Below are positions 1-10,239 of a stretch of DNA of 64,000 bases, piece by piece. The notes under the pieces are model-generated. The model was not told where the DNA came from and did not search any database. It saw nothing but the letters and a program-made list of their open reading frames with translations. The DNA is taken from positions 65,043 through 129,042 of the forward strand of contig CAZAJQ010000002.1 of the NCBI GenBank assembly GCA_964485795.1. The letters run 5' to 3'. The DNA is from an uncultured Gammaproteobacteria bacterium (GTDB lineage: Bacteria; Patescibacteriota; Patescibacteriia; VMEV01; CAZAJQ01). The translations under genes and the position numbers were made by a program. Within the stretch, counting starts at the first letter, position 1. Each line of letters starts with the position of its first letter.

Positions 1-1476
1 CAATGCAATGGGAAGGGGCAATGCTCCGGCATTGAGGCGATTGACAAGCTGTTTCGCTTCCGGAACCGTAAAATCTCCGGTGATCACCGCATTGCCATCG
101 GAAATTTCTTGCTGCACGGTGGGAATGCTGATTGGGGTTCCGTCCAAAAAAATCGCCACCGGCTTCTGAATATTTCTTCGAGTGATTTCGCTAAAAAGCT
201 TTTTTCCCTCGTCATTGAATCGCAGCTCAACCTGTATCTCATTGGTATCCGGATGAAATTGTAAACCGCTCGATTCGAGTTCTTTTCCGGAAAGATTCGT
301 ATTTTTCCATTCATCGCGCTGCGGCAATATATCTTCTTTGGCGGTTTTTCTTGCAATGATATGGCGCACCCTATATTGCTCGGAAGGACGATCCTCGATG
401 CGATGAATGAGATGGTATCCAAACTGTGTGAGTATCGGCTCGGAAATCTTACCATTGTCAAGCGAAAACGCGGCGTCTTCAAATTCCTTGACCATAATAC
501 CTCGCTGAAAAAAGCCAAGATCACCTCCAGCGCTATCCGCTCCGGGCTCGGTGGAATGTTCCTTGACCAATGATTCGAAGTTTTCTGGCGATGCCTGACT
601 TTTGAGCTCTAAAATCTTTTTCAACGCTTCGTCTTGCGTGATTTGGCTTTCGCAACCCGTGGATCCTTGATAACAAAGTAAGAGATGGCGCGCATGCACC
701 TCCTTGTCGTCCAGCCGCTCTTCCACTCGCAAAAGAGCAAAGCTGGCGGAATTCTCGATAACTTCCGTGATTTTCCCGACCGATGCTTTTTTGGCCGCAG
801 CGAAATATTCCGGCATATTGGATGTTATCGGGATATCGAGCAATCCTCCGGTTTCCTTGGTGCCGGCATCCTCCGAATATTCTTTGGCAATGTCCTCAAA
901 GGCCACCTGACCGGAAAGAAGTTTCTTCCGCGCTTCATCGATCTTTTTTTTCGCGGCCTCATTGCGCGTTTCCAGTTCTTTCTTTTGCTCGTCACTAAGT
1001 TCGCGGGTATCGGGCGCGTCATTGAGCTCCTTAAACTCGAGCAACGGTGTTTCTCCGATCATGCGAATGGCCTCATGAACATCAGACACTCCAGCCAATT
1101 CCACGATGATCTGATGGTTTCCCGAAACCTGGATATTGGGCTCGGAAACGCCAAACGCATTCACTCGGCGCTCGATGACGTCTCGCGCTCCTTCCAAGGC
1201 TTCGCTTTCGCTTTGCTGACGGATATTGGACACATCCGCTTGATAAATCAAATGCGTCCCGCCCACCAGATCCAATCCCAGTCGATACGATAATGAATTC
1301 CTCGGAAGCTGGACAAAGGAAAACGGCGTGGAACGCAAAGCGGCATTCATCGCGTCTTGCAAGCCATTCCACCGGGCGGGAAAAATGATGGCGACGGAAA
1401 CGCCGCACAGTGCGAGAATGCCAAGTGTTTTCCACAGAAGCTTTTTTCTTGGAACAGCTCTCAAGCGGCTCCACAT
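1..1476 (-). CDS. secD: Protein translocase subunit SecD (or SecDF), 5' partial; start at 1476, continues past the window start
   Basis: Manual translation of the minus frame from ATG at 1476 gives MWSRLRAVPRKKLLWKTLGILALCG... (N-terminal TM helix), then ...LGLDLVGGTHLIYQADV... and ...NRLNAGALPLPIAL at the window edge. These are classic SecD periplasmic-domain motifs. The frame has no listed stop, so the ORF track omitted it as it runs off the window. Confidence 0.7.
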   Translation of the reverse strand, partial: MWSRLRAVPRKKLLWKTLGILALCGVSVAIIFPARWNGLQDAMNAALRSTPFSFVQLPRNSLSYRLGLDLVGGTHLIYQADVSNIRQQSESEALEGARDVIERRVNAFGVSEPNIQVSGNHQIIVELAGVSDVHEAIRMIGETPLLEFKELNDAPDTRELSDEQKKELETRNEAAKKKIDEARKKLLSGQVAFEDIAKEYSEDAGTKETGGLLDIPITSNMPEYFAAAKKASVGKITEVIENSASFALLRVEERLDDKEVHARHLLLCYQGSTGCESQITQDEALKKILELKSQASPENFESLVKEHSTEPGADSAGGDLGFFQRGIMVKEFEDAAFSLDNGKISEPILTQFGYHLIHRIEDRPSEQYRVRHIIARKTAKEDILPQRDEWKNTNLSGKELESSGLQFHPDTNEIQVELRFNDEGKKLFSEITRRNIQKPVAIFLDGTPISIPTVQQEISDGNAVITGDFTVPEAKQLVNRLNAGALPLPIAL

Positions 1477-1680
1477 CCATAATACCGACCTTTTGAATCC
1501 GTAAACCATAAATCCTAAAAATCTTTTCATACGGGGAATATTAGTGAAAAACAAAAACTTTCTTTTATCAAGAAAGAATCATATTGCCAAAAATTGTAGC
1601 AGGGAAAATTTCTCAAATCAAGACGTCCGTTCTTACCGCGTCGGACTTTGACGATCAAAAGTATGACCGAAAAGCGATTA

Positions 1681-1709
1681 TTGACAGAAAAACTATAAAT
1701 CGCTAGTAT
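1681..1709 (+). promoter_or_regulatory. Sigma70-like promoter for rpmA (TTGACA, 17 nt spacer, TAGTAT)
   Basis: TTGACA at 1681-1686 and TAGTAT at 1704-1709, about 30 nt upstream of the rpmA ATG. Confidence 0.5.
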
Positions 1710-1740
1710 TTGAGCATAAACATGAATCTGAGATACATCT

Positions 1741-2019
1741 ATGGCAACAAAAAAAGCTGGTGGCTCCACAGCCTTAGGGCGTGATTCGCAGTCCAAACGT
1801 CTGGGCATCAAAATCCATGATGGACAATTCGCCAAGCCCGGCGCCATTATCGTGCGTCAAAGAGGATCCAAAATCCGAGCGGGAAAAAATGTCATGACCG
1901 GAGTGGATTATACGCTTTTTGCAAGCGTCACCGGAAAGGTTCACTTTCGCTCAAAAAAACTCCATTCTTTCACCGGTGCTTTGAAGCAGGCCAAGTTTGT
2001 GGATGTGCTGCCGGCCTAA
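1741..2019 (+). CDS. rpmA: 50S ribosomal protein L27
   Basis: [51 protein letters not shown]... is the canonical L27 sequence. Confidence 0.95.
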   Translation: MATKKAGGSTALGRDSQSKRLGIKIHDGQFAKPGAIIVRQRGSKIRAGKNVMTGVDYTLFASVTGKVHFRSKKLHSFTGALKQAKFVDVLPA

Positions 2020-2045
2020 ATCGTGAAATTCACTTTTGACGATAC

Positions 2046-2080
2046 CAAACGTCCTCTCATGGAGGGGACGTTTTTGATTG
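2046..2080 (+). terminator. Rho-independent terminator after rpmA (bidirectional position, convergent with pyrG)
   Basis: aaACGTCCTCtcatgGAGGGGACGTtttt: about 9-10 bp GC-rich stem followed by a T-run. Confidence 0.5.
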
Positions 2081-2095
2081 GCTGCGACAGGTTTT

Positions 2096-3760
2096 TTATG
2101 CGTTCTGTGAGCGCTGTACGCCGGAACGACGTAAGGAATCGCATGCCACCTCGATGAACTTGGCAAACAAAGGATGCGGATGAAGCGGTCGGGATTTAAA
2201 CTCGGGATGAAATTGTACACCCACAAAAAAGGGATGAACATGCACCGGAAGCTCGATGATTTCCACCAAAGTTTCATCCGGAGAAAGACCCGATAAAACC
2301 AAACCCTTTTCGCAAAGCCTTTCCCGATAGGCATTGTTAAATTCATATCGGTGACGATGCCGTTCGGAAATTTGTTTCCTGCCATAGGCCGCTTCCGCCA
2401 AACTGCCTTTTTTCAAAATGCATTCATACGCCCCAAGCCTCATGGTGCCCCCGTATTTTTTTTCCGCCATATACTTCCGCTGAGTAGGCATGATATGGAT
2501 CACCGGGTGATCGGCGGCGTCATCAATCTCGGCGGTATTGGCGTCCTTGATGCCCGCCACGTTGCGAGCGAATTCAATCGTCGCAAGCTGCATGCCGTAA
2601 CACAGTCCGAAGTATGGAATATTATTTATGCGCGCATATTCTATGGCTCGGATTTTACCCTGCACACCGCGAGATCCAAATCCCCCGGGGACAATGATGC
2701 CGTTGTATCCGGAAAGTTCGGAAAGTTTTTCCGAATCCTTTTCATAGCCCCCCGAGTCAAGCCAATCGATCTTTGGCTTGCGGTGCAGATGCCAACATGC
2801 GTGTTTTACCGCCTCTATCACGGATATATAGGAATCCGAAAGCACAAAGTCGCCGGTTTCAAAATATTTCCCCACAATACCGATCTTGATTTCGTTTTTG
2901 GCATCATCAATGTCCGCGAGAAGCTTTCTCCACTGTTTGAGATCTTTTGACCTCGGCTTCATGCCAAAGGACGACAATATTTTATTTCCCAAATCATCTT
3001 CCTCAAAATTGATCGGTACGCGATAGATGGAGTCCACATCGGGAGCTGAAATGACCCGATCGACGCCGACATTGCAAAAGGTCGAAATTTTTTGTTTTCT
3101 TGGAGCGTCAAGCGAGTGCTCTCCTCGGCATACGATGAAATCCGCAAGAATCCCAGCGGAATTCAAGGTACGGGCGGCATACTGCGTGGGTTTGGTTTTC
3201 ATTTCCCCGACATTGGAAGGTACGGGCAGGTAACTCACCATGATAAAAATTACATCCTGAGGAAATTCGCTTTTCATCATTCTTCCGGCTTCCAAAAAAA
3301 GGATGTTTTGATATTCTCCTATGGTTCCTCCGATCTCGACGATCAAAAAATCGGCTTTTGAAATCTCGGCGGCTTTTTTGATGCGCGAAATCACTTCCAT
3401 GGGAATATGCGGCACCACTTCGACGCATTTCCCACCATATTCAAGGTTTCTCTCTTTTTCGATGACGCTCAAATACACTCGACCGGTCGTCATATAATGA
3501 GTCGAAAGAATGTCCTGATCCAGAAATCGTTCATAATTGCCGATATCCTGGTCGGTTTCATCTCCGTCTTCGGTGACAAACACTTCCCCGTGTTCCGTCG
3601 GATTCATGGTACCGGCGTCAACGTTGATGTAGGGATCGATCTTCACCGCCGATACACGAAATCCCTTGCTCTGCAAAATTTTTCCGATGGACGCCGCAGT
3701 AATGCCCTTTCCGACTCCGGACATCACTCCTCCCACGACGAAGATGTATTTGGTGTTCAT
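2096..3760 (-). CDS. pyrG: CTP synthase
   Basis: MNTKYIFVVGGVMSGVGKGITAASIGKILQ... N-terminal synthetase domain and C-terminal glutamine amidotransferase (GLCYGMQLA) are typical of PyrG. Length 554 aa. Confidence 0.95.
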   Translation of the reverse strand: MNTKYIFVVGGVMSGVGKGITAASIGKILQSKGFRVSAVKIDPYINVDAGTMNPTEHGEVFVTEDGDETDQDIGNYERFLDQDILSTHYMTTGRVYLSVIEKERNLEYGGKCVEVVPHIPMEVISRIKKAAEISKADFLIVEIGGTIGEYQNILFLEAGRMMKSEFPQDVIFIMVSYLPVPSNVGEMKTKPTQYAARTLNSAGILADFIVCRGEHSLDAPRKQKISTFCNVGVDRVISAPDVDSIYRVPINFEEDDLGNKILSSFGMKPRSKDLKQWRKLLADIDDAKNEIKIGIVGKYFETGDFVLSDSYISVIEAVKHACWHLHRKPKIDWLDSGGYEKDSEKLSELSGYNGIIVPGGFGSRGVQGKIRAIEYARINNIPYFGLCYGMQLATIEFARNVAGIKDANTAEIDDAADHPVIHIMPTQRKYMAEKKYGGTMRLGAYECILKKGSLAEAAYGRKQISERHRHRYEFNNAYRERLCEKGLVLSGLSPDETLVEIIELPVHVHPFFVGVQFHPEFKSRPLHPHPLFAKFIEVACDSLRRSGVQRSQNA

Positions 3761-3827
3761 AGATGTCTATTCGCAAAAAAAAATTTGAGATGACTCAAGA
3801 TGAAAATGCATCAAAACTTATTGTCAA

Positions 3828-3856
3828 AGTATACCAGCAGCTCTTCCCTCAAGCAA
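3828..3856 (-). promoter_or_regulatory. Candidate sigma70 promoter for pyrG (TTGCTT, 17 nt spacer, TATACT on minus strand)
   Basis: Reverse complement reads ttgcttgagggaagagctgctggtatact, about 40-70 nt upstream of the pyrG start. Confidence 0.35.
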
Positions 3857-3860
3857 AAAA

Positions 3861-4865
3861 TCATGCGTCTTTTTTCCCGGACATGACTTCCAAAACTCCC
3901 GAAACGATGTCCACATGCAATGGGGTGAATCCAAACGGTTCTCCGTCGATATGCACGTCGATATTTTCCTCGCTTTCCAGAGAAACTTTTTTTGCCTTTC
4001 GATATTCCACATCCCCGCCCCGATAGTTTCCCAAGATTCCCAGTGAAATTTTCATCATATAGGAAATCAGGGCGGCCGCGCTTTGTTTTTTAAAAATCAC
4101 AATATCAAGGAATCCATCGTCAATCACGGCGTCCGACGTGATTTCAAATTCTCCGGCATAGAAACGCGTATTGCAGATGATCGCAAAAAAACCTTCGGTG
4201 CGAACGGTATCATCGATCATGATGCGAAGCTTTTTGTGACGATAGGTGAAGAAAACTTTCATGACGGCCAGAATATACGCAAAGCTTCCGAACATGCGCT
4301 TGATGCCCGGTCGAACTTCTTTGACGGCCCGAGCGTCAAATCCCACTCCGGCGGCGATGCTGAAATACCGACCGTTGGCGCGCCCAAGATCGATGATTTG
4401 CGGTTTTCCGGAAACGCATATTTCCAAAGCCTCGGTCAATTCAAAAGGAATCTGCATCTGTGCCGCAAAACTGTTTGCCGTTCCCAATGGCAGCACGCCA
4501 AGCCTTGCTTTGCCGCCTGCCATACCATTGATGACTTCATTGATCGTTCCGTCGCCACCTGCCGCAATAATGAGATCTACGCTTAAAATAGCCGCTCCGC
4601 GCGCAAATTCCGTCGCTTCTCCGATTTTTTTTGATTCAAAAATTTCGACGGAGATATTCTTTTTTTGAAAAAAATTCCTGACGGTGTCAAGAATTTCACG
4701 GTTTGATTTTTTCGGCACGTAAAGATTTCCGAGCGTCTTCATGCTGAGCTTCTTCAAAGGCGGAATCCTCCCGCGCATGGAGCCCGCCAATGGATTGAAA
4801 ATCACGGCTACTCTTTTGATGTGCATAGCGTTTTTTTTCACATTGCGAGAAACGCAAATTTTCAA
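3861..4865 (-). CDS. Diacylglycerol/lipid kinase catalytic-domain protein (YegS/BmrU family)
   Basis: DAGK_cat-type motifs (IIAAGGDGTINEV, GTANSFA) in a 334-aa protein. Confidence 0.75.
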   Translation of the reverse strand: MKICVSRNVKKNAMHIKRVAVIFNPLAGSMRGRIPPLKKLSMKTLGNLYVPKKSNREILDTVRNFFQKKNISVEIFESKKIGEATEFARGAAILSVDLIIAAGGDGTINEVINGMAGGKARLGVLPLGTANSFAAQMQIPFELTEALEICVSGKPQIIDLGRANGRYFSIAAGVGFDARAVKEVRPGIKRMFGSFAYILAVMKVFFTYRHKKLRIMIDDTVRTEGFFAIICNTRFYAGEFEITSDAVIDDGFLDIVIFKKQSAAALISYMMKISLGILGNYRGGDVEYRKAKKVSLESEENIDVHIDGEPFGFTPLHVDIVSGVLEVMSGKKDA

Positions 4866-4871
4866 AACAAA

Positions 4872-5249
4872 TCAACCGAACAATTTTTTCCAAAAATTCG
4901 CCTTTGAAGGCGTTTCGGATATTTTTCCCTTCGACGGCGCAAGCAAGGACCGATGCATGCGCGTAATGCGATAGGCTTCTTTCGTGACAAGCTCGGAATC
5001 ATATTCTGCCGAATGAGCGGTTTGCCCCTCATACATTGCCGCCTTCATATCGAGATGAAGATTTATGGAAAAATCCTTCGATGTTTCGTCCAAAATATAG
5101 ATGTGAAATCGAGGATATTTTGCGCCTCCATGCAAGGTACGTACAAAGCTTACTTTTTTCGTATGAAAATCGCGAATCTGGGTATATCCGCACTTGCGAA
5201 GAAAATTTCGGCTGTTCTGGGTGATATTGCTTTCGTATTTGAGATTCAT
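4872..5249 (-). CDS. Hypothetical protein (125 aa)
   Basis: The ORF is in the operon orientation between ctp and the lipid kinase. The antisense ORF 4953..5432 looks non-protein-like. I recognise no family. Confidence 0.3.
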   Translation of the reverse strand: MNLKYESNITQNSRNFLRKCGYTQIRDFHTKKVSFVRTLHGGAKYPRFHIYILDETSKDFSINLHLDMKAAMYEGQTAHSAEYDSELVTKEAYRITRMHRSLLAPSKGKISETPSKANFWKKLFG

Positions 5250-5286
5250 ACATCGCTCATGAAAAATTTCTATGGCCTCAACGCCT

Positions 5287-6570
5287 TTATTGAGCCTTGC
5301 TGGCAGAAATCTTTTCCTTCACAATATCGCATTGCAAAAAATCCGAAAGGCATTGCTTCATCATCTCAAAAGCAAAATCCAGCTGAGGATCGCGCTCCGC
5401 CTGATAATCTTCCTCAGTCATGGGAACCTTGACGTCCGGGGCGATGCCCATGCCTTCGATCTGACGCGACTTGGGGGTCAACCATTTTGCGATCGTGATT
5501 TTCACGGCCGAGCCGTCGGAAAGTTCGTGAATTTCCTGAACCGTGCCTTTTCCAAACGAGGTTTCTCCGACGAGTACAGCAACTCCATAGTCCTGCATTG
5601 CACCGGCAACGATCTCCGAAGCCGAGGCCGAGGCCTGATTCATGAGGACGATGGTAGGAATTTTCGCGAAAAGCGGAATGCCTTCTGCGGAGTACTTTTC
5701 GATTTTTTCTTCCGAGTACTTTTGCTGGACGACAATCCCTTTTTCCACCCACAAACTCGATACTTCAATGGCCTTGTCCAAATATCCGCCGGGATTATTT
5801 CTCAAGTCAAGAATGATTTTTGGGGATTTCATTTTTAAAATCTGCGGAGCGATCGCATGGAGCATGTCCGAGGTATCGGAATTAAAATGCGAAAGCGTGA
5901 TATGAGCGACTTCATCCTTGATATCGAGCTTGACGCTGATGATGGCTATGGTGTCTCGCACCACGAGAACCTCTCGATTTTGCTGCCCCTCGCGGGCAAG
6001 CAGCAGCTTCAGCGTCGTGCCCTTTTTCCCGCGAATTTTGCGAACGGCCTCTTCGAGCGGCATCTGCGTCGCGTCTTCTCCGTCAATGGCGAGAATGGTG
6101 TCGCCCGAACGTATGCCGGCTTTTTCCGCCGGAGTTCCGGAAAGTGGCGCTATGACGGTCAAAAACCCATTTTTTATGGCTATCTCAATGCCTATGCCTT
6201 CAAAGCTGCCATTGAGCTCTTCGTTGAACTGCTTGTATTTTTCTGGATCAAAAAAGTACGAATACGGATCGCCGATTCCCGCAACCATTCCGCTCATGGC
6301 GCCGTAAAAAAGTTTAGTTTCGGGGAAAGGACGATCAACATGCTGACCGGAAAGCAAATCCCATGTTTTCCAGAAAAGATTAAAATCAACCTTTTTTGAC
6401 AAATATTCCGGAATGGCTTCTTTGTTCTCGACGCTACCATTGCCGTTTTCTCGCAAGATGCGAGATGCTTTCCCCGAATTTCCCAAAAACAATCCAAGCC
6501 CGAAGGCGATGATGAGAAAAACAACAACGGATTTCACGGATAAAGGCTTTGATGACGTAGACATAATCAA
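5287..6570 (-). CDS. ctp: Carboxyl-terminal processing protease (S41) with PDZ domain
   Basis: N-terminal TM helix; PDZ segment (GIGIEIAIKNG...AGIRSGDTILAIDG); S41 catalytic region (LDLRNNPGGYL, VLMNQASASASEIVAGAMQD, GETSFGKG). Confidence 0.9.
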   Translation of the reverse strand: MIMSTSSKPLSVKSVVVFLIIAFGLGLFLGNSGKASRILRENGNGSVENKEAIPEYLSKKVDFNLFWKTWDLLSGQHVDRPFPETKLFYGAMSGMVAGIGDPYSYFFDPEKYKQFNEELNGSFEGIGIEIAIKNGFLTVIAPLSGTPAEKAGIRSGDTILAIDGEDATQMPLEEAVRKIRGKKGTTLKLLLAREGQQNREVLVVRDTIAIISVKLDIKDEVAHITLSHFNSDTSDMLHAIAPQILKMKSPKIILDLRNNPGGYLDKAIEVSSLWVEKGIVVQQKYSEEKIEKYSAEGIPLFAKIPTIVLMNQASASASEIVAGAMQDYGVAVLVGETSFGKGTVQEIHELSDGSAVKITIAKWLTPKSRQIEGMGIAPDVKVPMTEEDYQAERDPQLDFAFEMMKQCLSDFLQCDIVKEKISASKAQ

Positions 6571-6604
6571 TAATAATGAAAGCTTTGCTCATTTTCTTGC
6601 ATTT

Positions 6605-7870
6605 CTAACCCTGAATTCTTCGGATATCGGCTCCGAGCGTCGTGAGACGCTGATCGATATTTTCATAACCTCGATCGATGTGATGAATATTGTTCAGCTC
6701 CGTGGTGCCTTCCGCTATGAGGGCTGCGATGACCAGCGCCATACCGGCGCGAATATCCGGACTGTCGAGCTTTTTTGCATATAATTTTGTCGGGCCGAGG
6801 ACGATCGCGCGATGTGGATCTGCCAAAATGACATTGGCTCCCATGGAATTGAGTATATCGGTGTAATACAATCTGCCGTCGTAAATCGTTTCATGCACGA
6901 GGCTCATACCCGTGGCTTGAGTGAGAAGCACGGTAAACGGAGCCTGAATATCCGTAATAAATCCAGGATATTCATGGGTCTTGACATTGATCGCCGTCAA
7001 TTTCCCTGATTTTTTTATGATGACCGAGTCTTTTTCACGCTGAAATTTCGCTCCAACCTGCTCGAGATTGGTCCAGAAAACTTCAAGATGATCGGGATTG
7101 CAATTTGTAATGCGCACCTCGCCTCCGCTCAATGCCGCCATCGCGGCAAAAGTGCCGGTTTCGATGCGATCCGGAATGATCGTTGCCGTACCTCCCGACA
7201 ATTTTTTCACTCCCTCGATCACCAAAGTACTCGTGCCAATGCCGCGTATCTTCGCACCGCAGACATTCAAAAAATGGCAAAGCTCTTGAACTTCAGGCTC
7301 GAGCGCGACGTTGATCAAGGTACTGGTACCGTCGGCAACCGTGGCGGCCATAATCATGTTTTCCGTGCCGGTATGGGTCACCCATCGGAACACAAGTTTT
7401 GAAGCTTTGAGTGTTTTCCCTTTTAACTTGAATGAAACGCTGTCGGCCTTTGTGGTTACGCTCACACCCATTTTCTCGAGATTTTCCGTTGTCATGTCAA
7501 TCGGACGTCTGCCAATGGCGTCTCCTCCCGGCAAGGAGAGCTTCACTTCCCCAAATCGAATAAGCAAAGGTACGATAAAGAGAATCGACGCACGCATTTT
7601 TCTCACAAACTCATCCTTGATCAAATGACTTGAAATATTGGCGCAATTGATCACATAAGAATGCGTTCCTTCTTTTTTCACGGATGCGCCCAAATCCACA
7701 AGGATATCGGATGCCACATGAATATCAAGAATGTCAGGGACATTGTGAAGGATAACGTCCTCATCCGTGAGAATGGCCGCCGCAAACATCTTGAGCGCTT
7801 GGTTCTTCGCACCGTATACCGCAATATCACCATGCAGGATATTTTGCCCGGTAATGAGAAATTTCGACAT
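6605..7870 (-). CDS. murA: UDP-N-acetylglucosamine 1-carboxyvinyltransferase
   Basis: MSKFLITGQNILHGDIAVYGAKNQALKMFAAAIL... Full-length MurA, 421 aa. Confidence 0.95.
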   Translation of the reverse strand: MSKFLITGQNILHGDIAVYGAKNQALKMFAAAILTDEDVILHNVPDILDIHVASDILVDLGASVKKEGTHSYVINCANISSHLIKDEFVRKMRASILFIVPLLIRFGEVKLSLPGGDAIGRRPIDMTTENLEKMGVSVTTKADSVSFKLKGKTLKASKLVFRWVTHTGTENMIMAATVADGTSTLINVALEPEVQELCHFLNVCGAKIRGIGTSTLVIEGVKKLSGGTATIIPDRIETGTFAAMAALSGGEVRITNCNPDHLEVFWTNLEQVGAKFQREKDSVIIKKSGKLTAINVKTHEYPGFITDIQAPFTVLLTQATGMSLVHETIYDGRLYYTDILNSMGANVILADPHRAIVLGPTKLYAKKLDSPDIRAGMALVIAALIAEGTTELNNIHHIDRGYENIDQRLTTLGADIRRIQG

Positions 7871-7944
7871 ATTTGCTATTATTTTTATAGCTGCATCGTA
7901 TCAGCCTTTGCCGGTTTCTTCAAGCAGGATTTTTCTCATGCCCA

Positions 7945-9390
7945 ATGAAGGAAATGGATGCACGTTTTTTTATCCTTTTTGTTCAATATCTTATGGACAT
8001 CCTCTATCGTCGATTCCTCGTGCTTATTTTTGCTCTCGTCTTTGTGATATCCGCCCCCCTTCTTATCCTCTCCACCGCCGGCTATCGCTACAATGCGAAA
8101 ACCGGAAGTTTTGAAACCACCGGAGTTCTCGTCATCGATACCTTACCCACCAAGGCGGATATTTTCATTAATGATCGACTCAACCGTGAGAAAACCGATA
8201 CCATTCTGACTCGCCTCTATCCGGGGAATTATAACATTCGCATAGAAAAACCCGGTTATCATGCATGGGAAAAAAATCTCTCGATCAAACCCACGCTCTC
8301 GACCTTCATCAAAGACCTGCCGCTGCTTCGCAAAGAATTTCCGCTGCTTCGCGTTTCGGGAACAATACTCGATTACAGGATAGCACCAAACCAAAAATCG
8401 GTCGTTTTTCAAACACAAGAAGCTCCGGAAAAACTCTGGTATTTTTCGGCCGCTGAAAACACACCATTCCTCGTTGCAAAAGACAGTGAGACATTACCGA
8501 TCAGCCTCAGGTTGATAACCTGGAACGAACGCAATGACAGAGCCTTTATTCTCCTGAAACGAGGAACTCAAACACAAGCTTTCGTCTTTGATTCTGCGAA
8601 GATGACGGTAACGCTCATACCGTTTTTGTCCGGCAACGATATTCGAAAATTCGCATGGAACGGAATCTCTCCGTCGGGGTATCTTCTCGAAAACCGATCC
8701 ATTCTTTTTGTCGATTTCGAAAAAAACTTATCGGAAAAATATTTTTCAAATCCCGAGGACGTTTTGCTCGATCTGATGGTTTTTCAATCTTCGGTTTTTG
8801 TACTCACGTTTGATCCCAAAAAATCATCGGGAGCGTTTCAAAAAATTCACATCAGCGAATCGGGAGAAAAAAAAATGCAATCGTTGCTGACGATCGATAT
8901 CAGCGATCAGGCACAATTTACCGATCACATCAATGACGCGTTCATCGTCTCCGACGCGGCGAATGATCGCATGATTGCCATATCCCCGGCCAACGACGCT
9001 TTGCATTCTCAGCAAATTTCCGTCCAACAAACGAATATGGTCATCAAGCATGCCAACAATGAAGGTTCTTTTCTCGCGGGCAATAATCATGAAATACAAT
9101 GGTGGCCGGACGGCATATCGTTTTCTTCTCCCGTCAAAAAAACGCTCCTCCTGCGAACCGGTAAAACGCTCGCATCCGTGAATTTTTCGATTGACGGATA
9201 TTGGATATTGTATGCCACGAAAGATGCCATTCACGCATTGGAATTTGACGGCAGAGATGCCAGAAACGATGTCTCGCTCGTAACCGCCGACAGGTTGGAA
9301 GCTTTTTTCCTCAATAAAAACGGCGATGAAATTTTTTTCCTTGGCAGCTATGACGGCAAAGAAGGCATTTTCTCACTTGATATTCACTAG
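7945..9390 (+). CDS. Membrane-anchored PEGA-domain protein with C-terminal beta-propeller-like region (hypothetical)
   Basis: N-terminal TM helix. PEGA-like segment (DIFINDRLNREKTDTILTRLYPGNYNIRIEKPGYHAWEKNL). The rest is a repetitive beta-rich region. The only long plus-strand gene in the core; its 3' end overlaps rfbD convergently by 18 nt. Confidence 0.55.
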   Translation: MKEMDARFFILFVQYLMDILYRRFLVLIFALVFVISAPLLILSTAGYRYNAKTGSFETTGVLVIDTLPTKADIFINDRLNREKTDTILTRLYPGNYNIRIEKPGYHAWEKNLSIKPTLSTFIKDLPLLRKEFPLLRVSGTILDYRIAPNQKSVVFQTQEAPEKLWYFSAAENTPFLVAKDSETLPISLRLITWNERNDRAFILLKRGTQTQAFVFDSAKMTVTLIPFLSGNDIRKFAWNGISPSGYLLENRSILFVDFEKNLSEKYFSNPEDVLLDLMVFQSSVFVLTFDPKKSSGAFQKIHISESGEKKMQSLLTIDISDQAQFTDHINDAFIVSDAANDRMIAISPANDALHSQQISVQQTNMVIKHANNEGSFLAGNNHEIQWWPDGISFSSPVKKTLLLRTGKTLASVNFSIDGYWILYATKDAIHALEFDGRDARNDVSLVTADRLEAFFLNKNGDEIFFLGSYDGKEGIFSLDIH

Positions 9391-10239
9391 ATAACGCTCC
9401 AAGGCATCCTTCCAGTGCGGTTGAACGGGGCATTTTGTATTGCGAAGCTCTGAACGCATCGGACGCCGAGCGGGACGTGTAAGCCGCCCTGAAGGTATGG
9501 GAACGATTTTTACGGCTTCATTTTTCGCCGCCGAGAAAATACTTTCGGCAAAATCATACCAGCTGCATACCCCGTAATTTGAACCGTGATAGATTCCATC
9601 CGGGTACTCTTGAAGTATCAATCGGGTCGTAAAATCGATGATATCCGGAACATAGGTGGGGCAGCTGAATTCATCGTTTACCACCGGAATCTCTCTTTTC
9701 TCGTTCGCAAGCCGCAACATGCTTGACACAAAACTCGATTTGCCGTTTGGGCTGCACTCTTCGCCGCCGAAGAGTCGAGAAATTCGTATCAAATAGTATC
9801 TCTGAGCGTTTGAGAAAACGTTTTTTTCTCCGGCAGCCTTGGATTTCCCGTAGCGATTGACGGGATTTTGCGCAAAATTTTCGACATAACCATGGGTATT
9901 CACCCCGTCAAAAACATAGTCGGTCGAAAAATGAATCAGGAGTATTTTTTTTTCATGGCAGAGCATCGCCAAAAGCTTGGGAAGTTCGGCATTGATACGC
10001 ATCGCTTCGCGAGCATACGCTTCGTCGGTTTCCATCCGATCGACATCATTACACGCCGCGCAATTCATGACGATATCTGGGGAATACGCGATGAAAAGAG
10101 AATGAATTGCTTCGCTCTCAGAAAGATCGGCATCACAACGATCGATGCCGATACACTCATGACCCGAAATGTCTTTTTTGAAAAACGCTGCGCCGAGCAT
10201 TCCGCGACTCCCCAAAATAAGTATCTTTTTGGTTTTCAT
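9373..10239 (-). CDS. rfbD: dTDP-4-dehydrorhamnose reductase (RmlD family)
   Basis: MKTKKILILGSRGMLGAAF... Rossmann N-terminus and SDR-type RmlD architecture, 288 aa. Confidence 0.8.
   Translation of the reverse strand: MKTKKILILGSRGMLGAAFFKKDISGHECIGIDRCDADLSESEAIHSLFIAYSPDIVMNCAACNDVDRMETDEAYAREAMRINAELPKLLAMLCHEKKILLIHFSTDYVFDGVNTHGYVENFAQNPVNRYGKSKAAGEKNVFSNAQRYYLIRISRLFGGEECSPNGKSSFVSSMLRLANEKREIPVVNDEFSCPTYVPDIIDFTTRLILQEYPDGIYHGSNYGVCSWYDFAESIFSAAKNEAVKIVPIPSGRLTRPARRPMRSELRNTKCPVQPHWKDALERYLVNIK

Noticed and set aside
685-1293. 202-aa plus-strand ORF and the minus ORFs 84..524, 825..1022, 1082..1480
   Set aside because: All are off-frame or antisense relative to the SecD reading frame (minus strand, frame ending at 1476). 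That frame alone gives conserved SecD motifs.
4953-5432. 159-aa plus-strand ORF
   Set aside because: Overlaps and is antisense to the 125-aa minus ORF that fits the operon orientation. Cys/Phe-rich unnatural composition.
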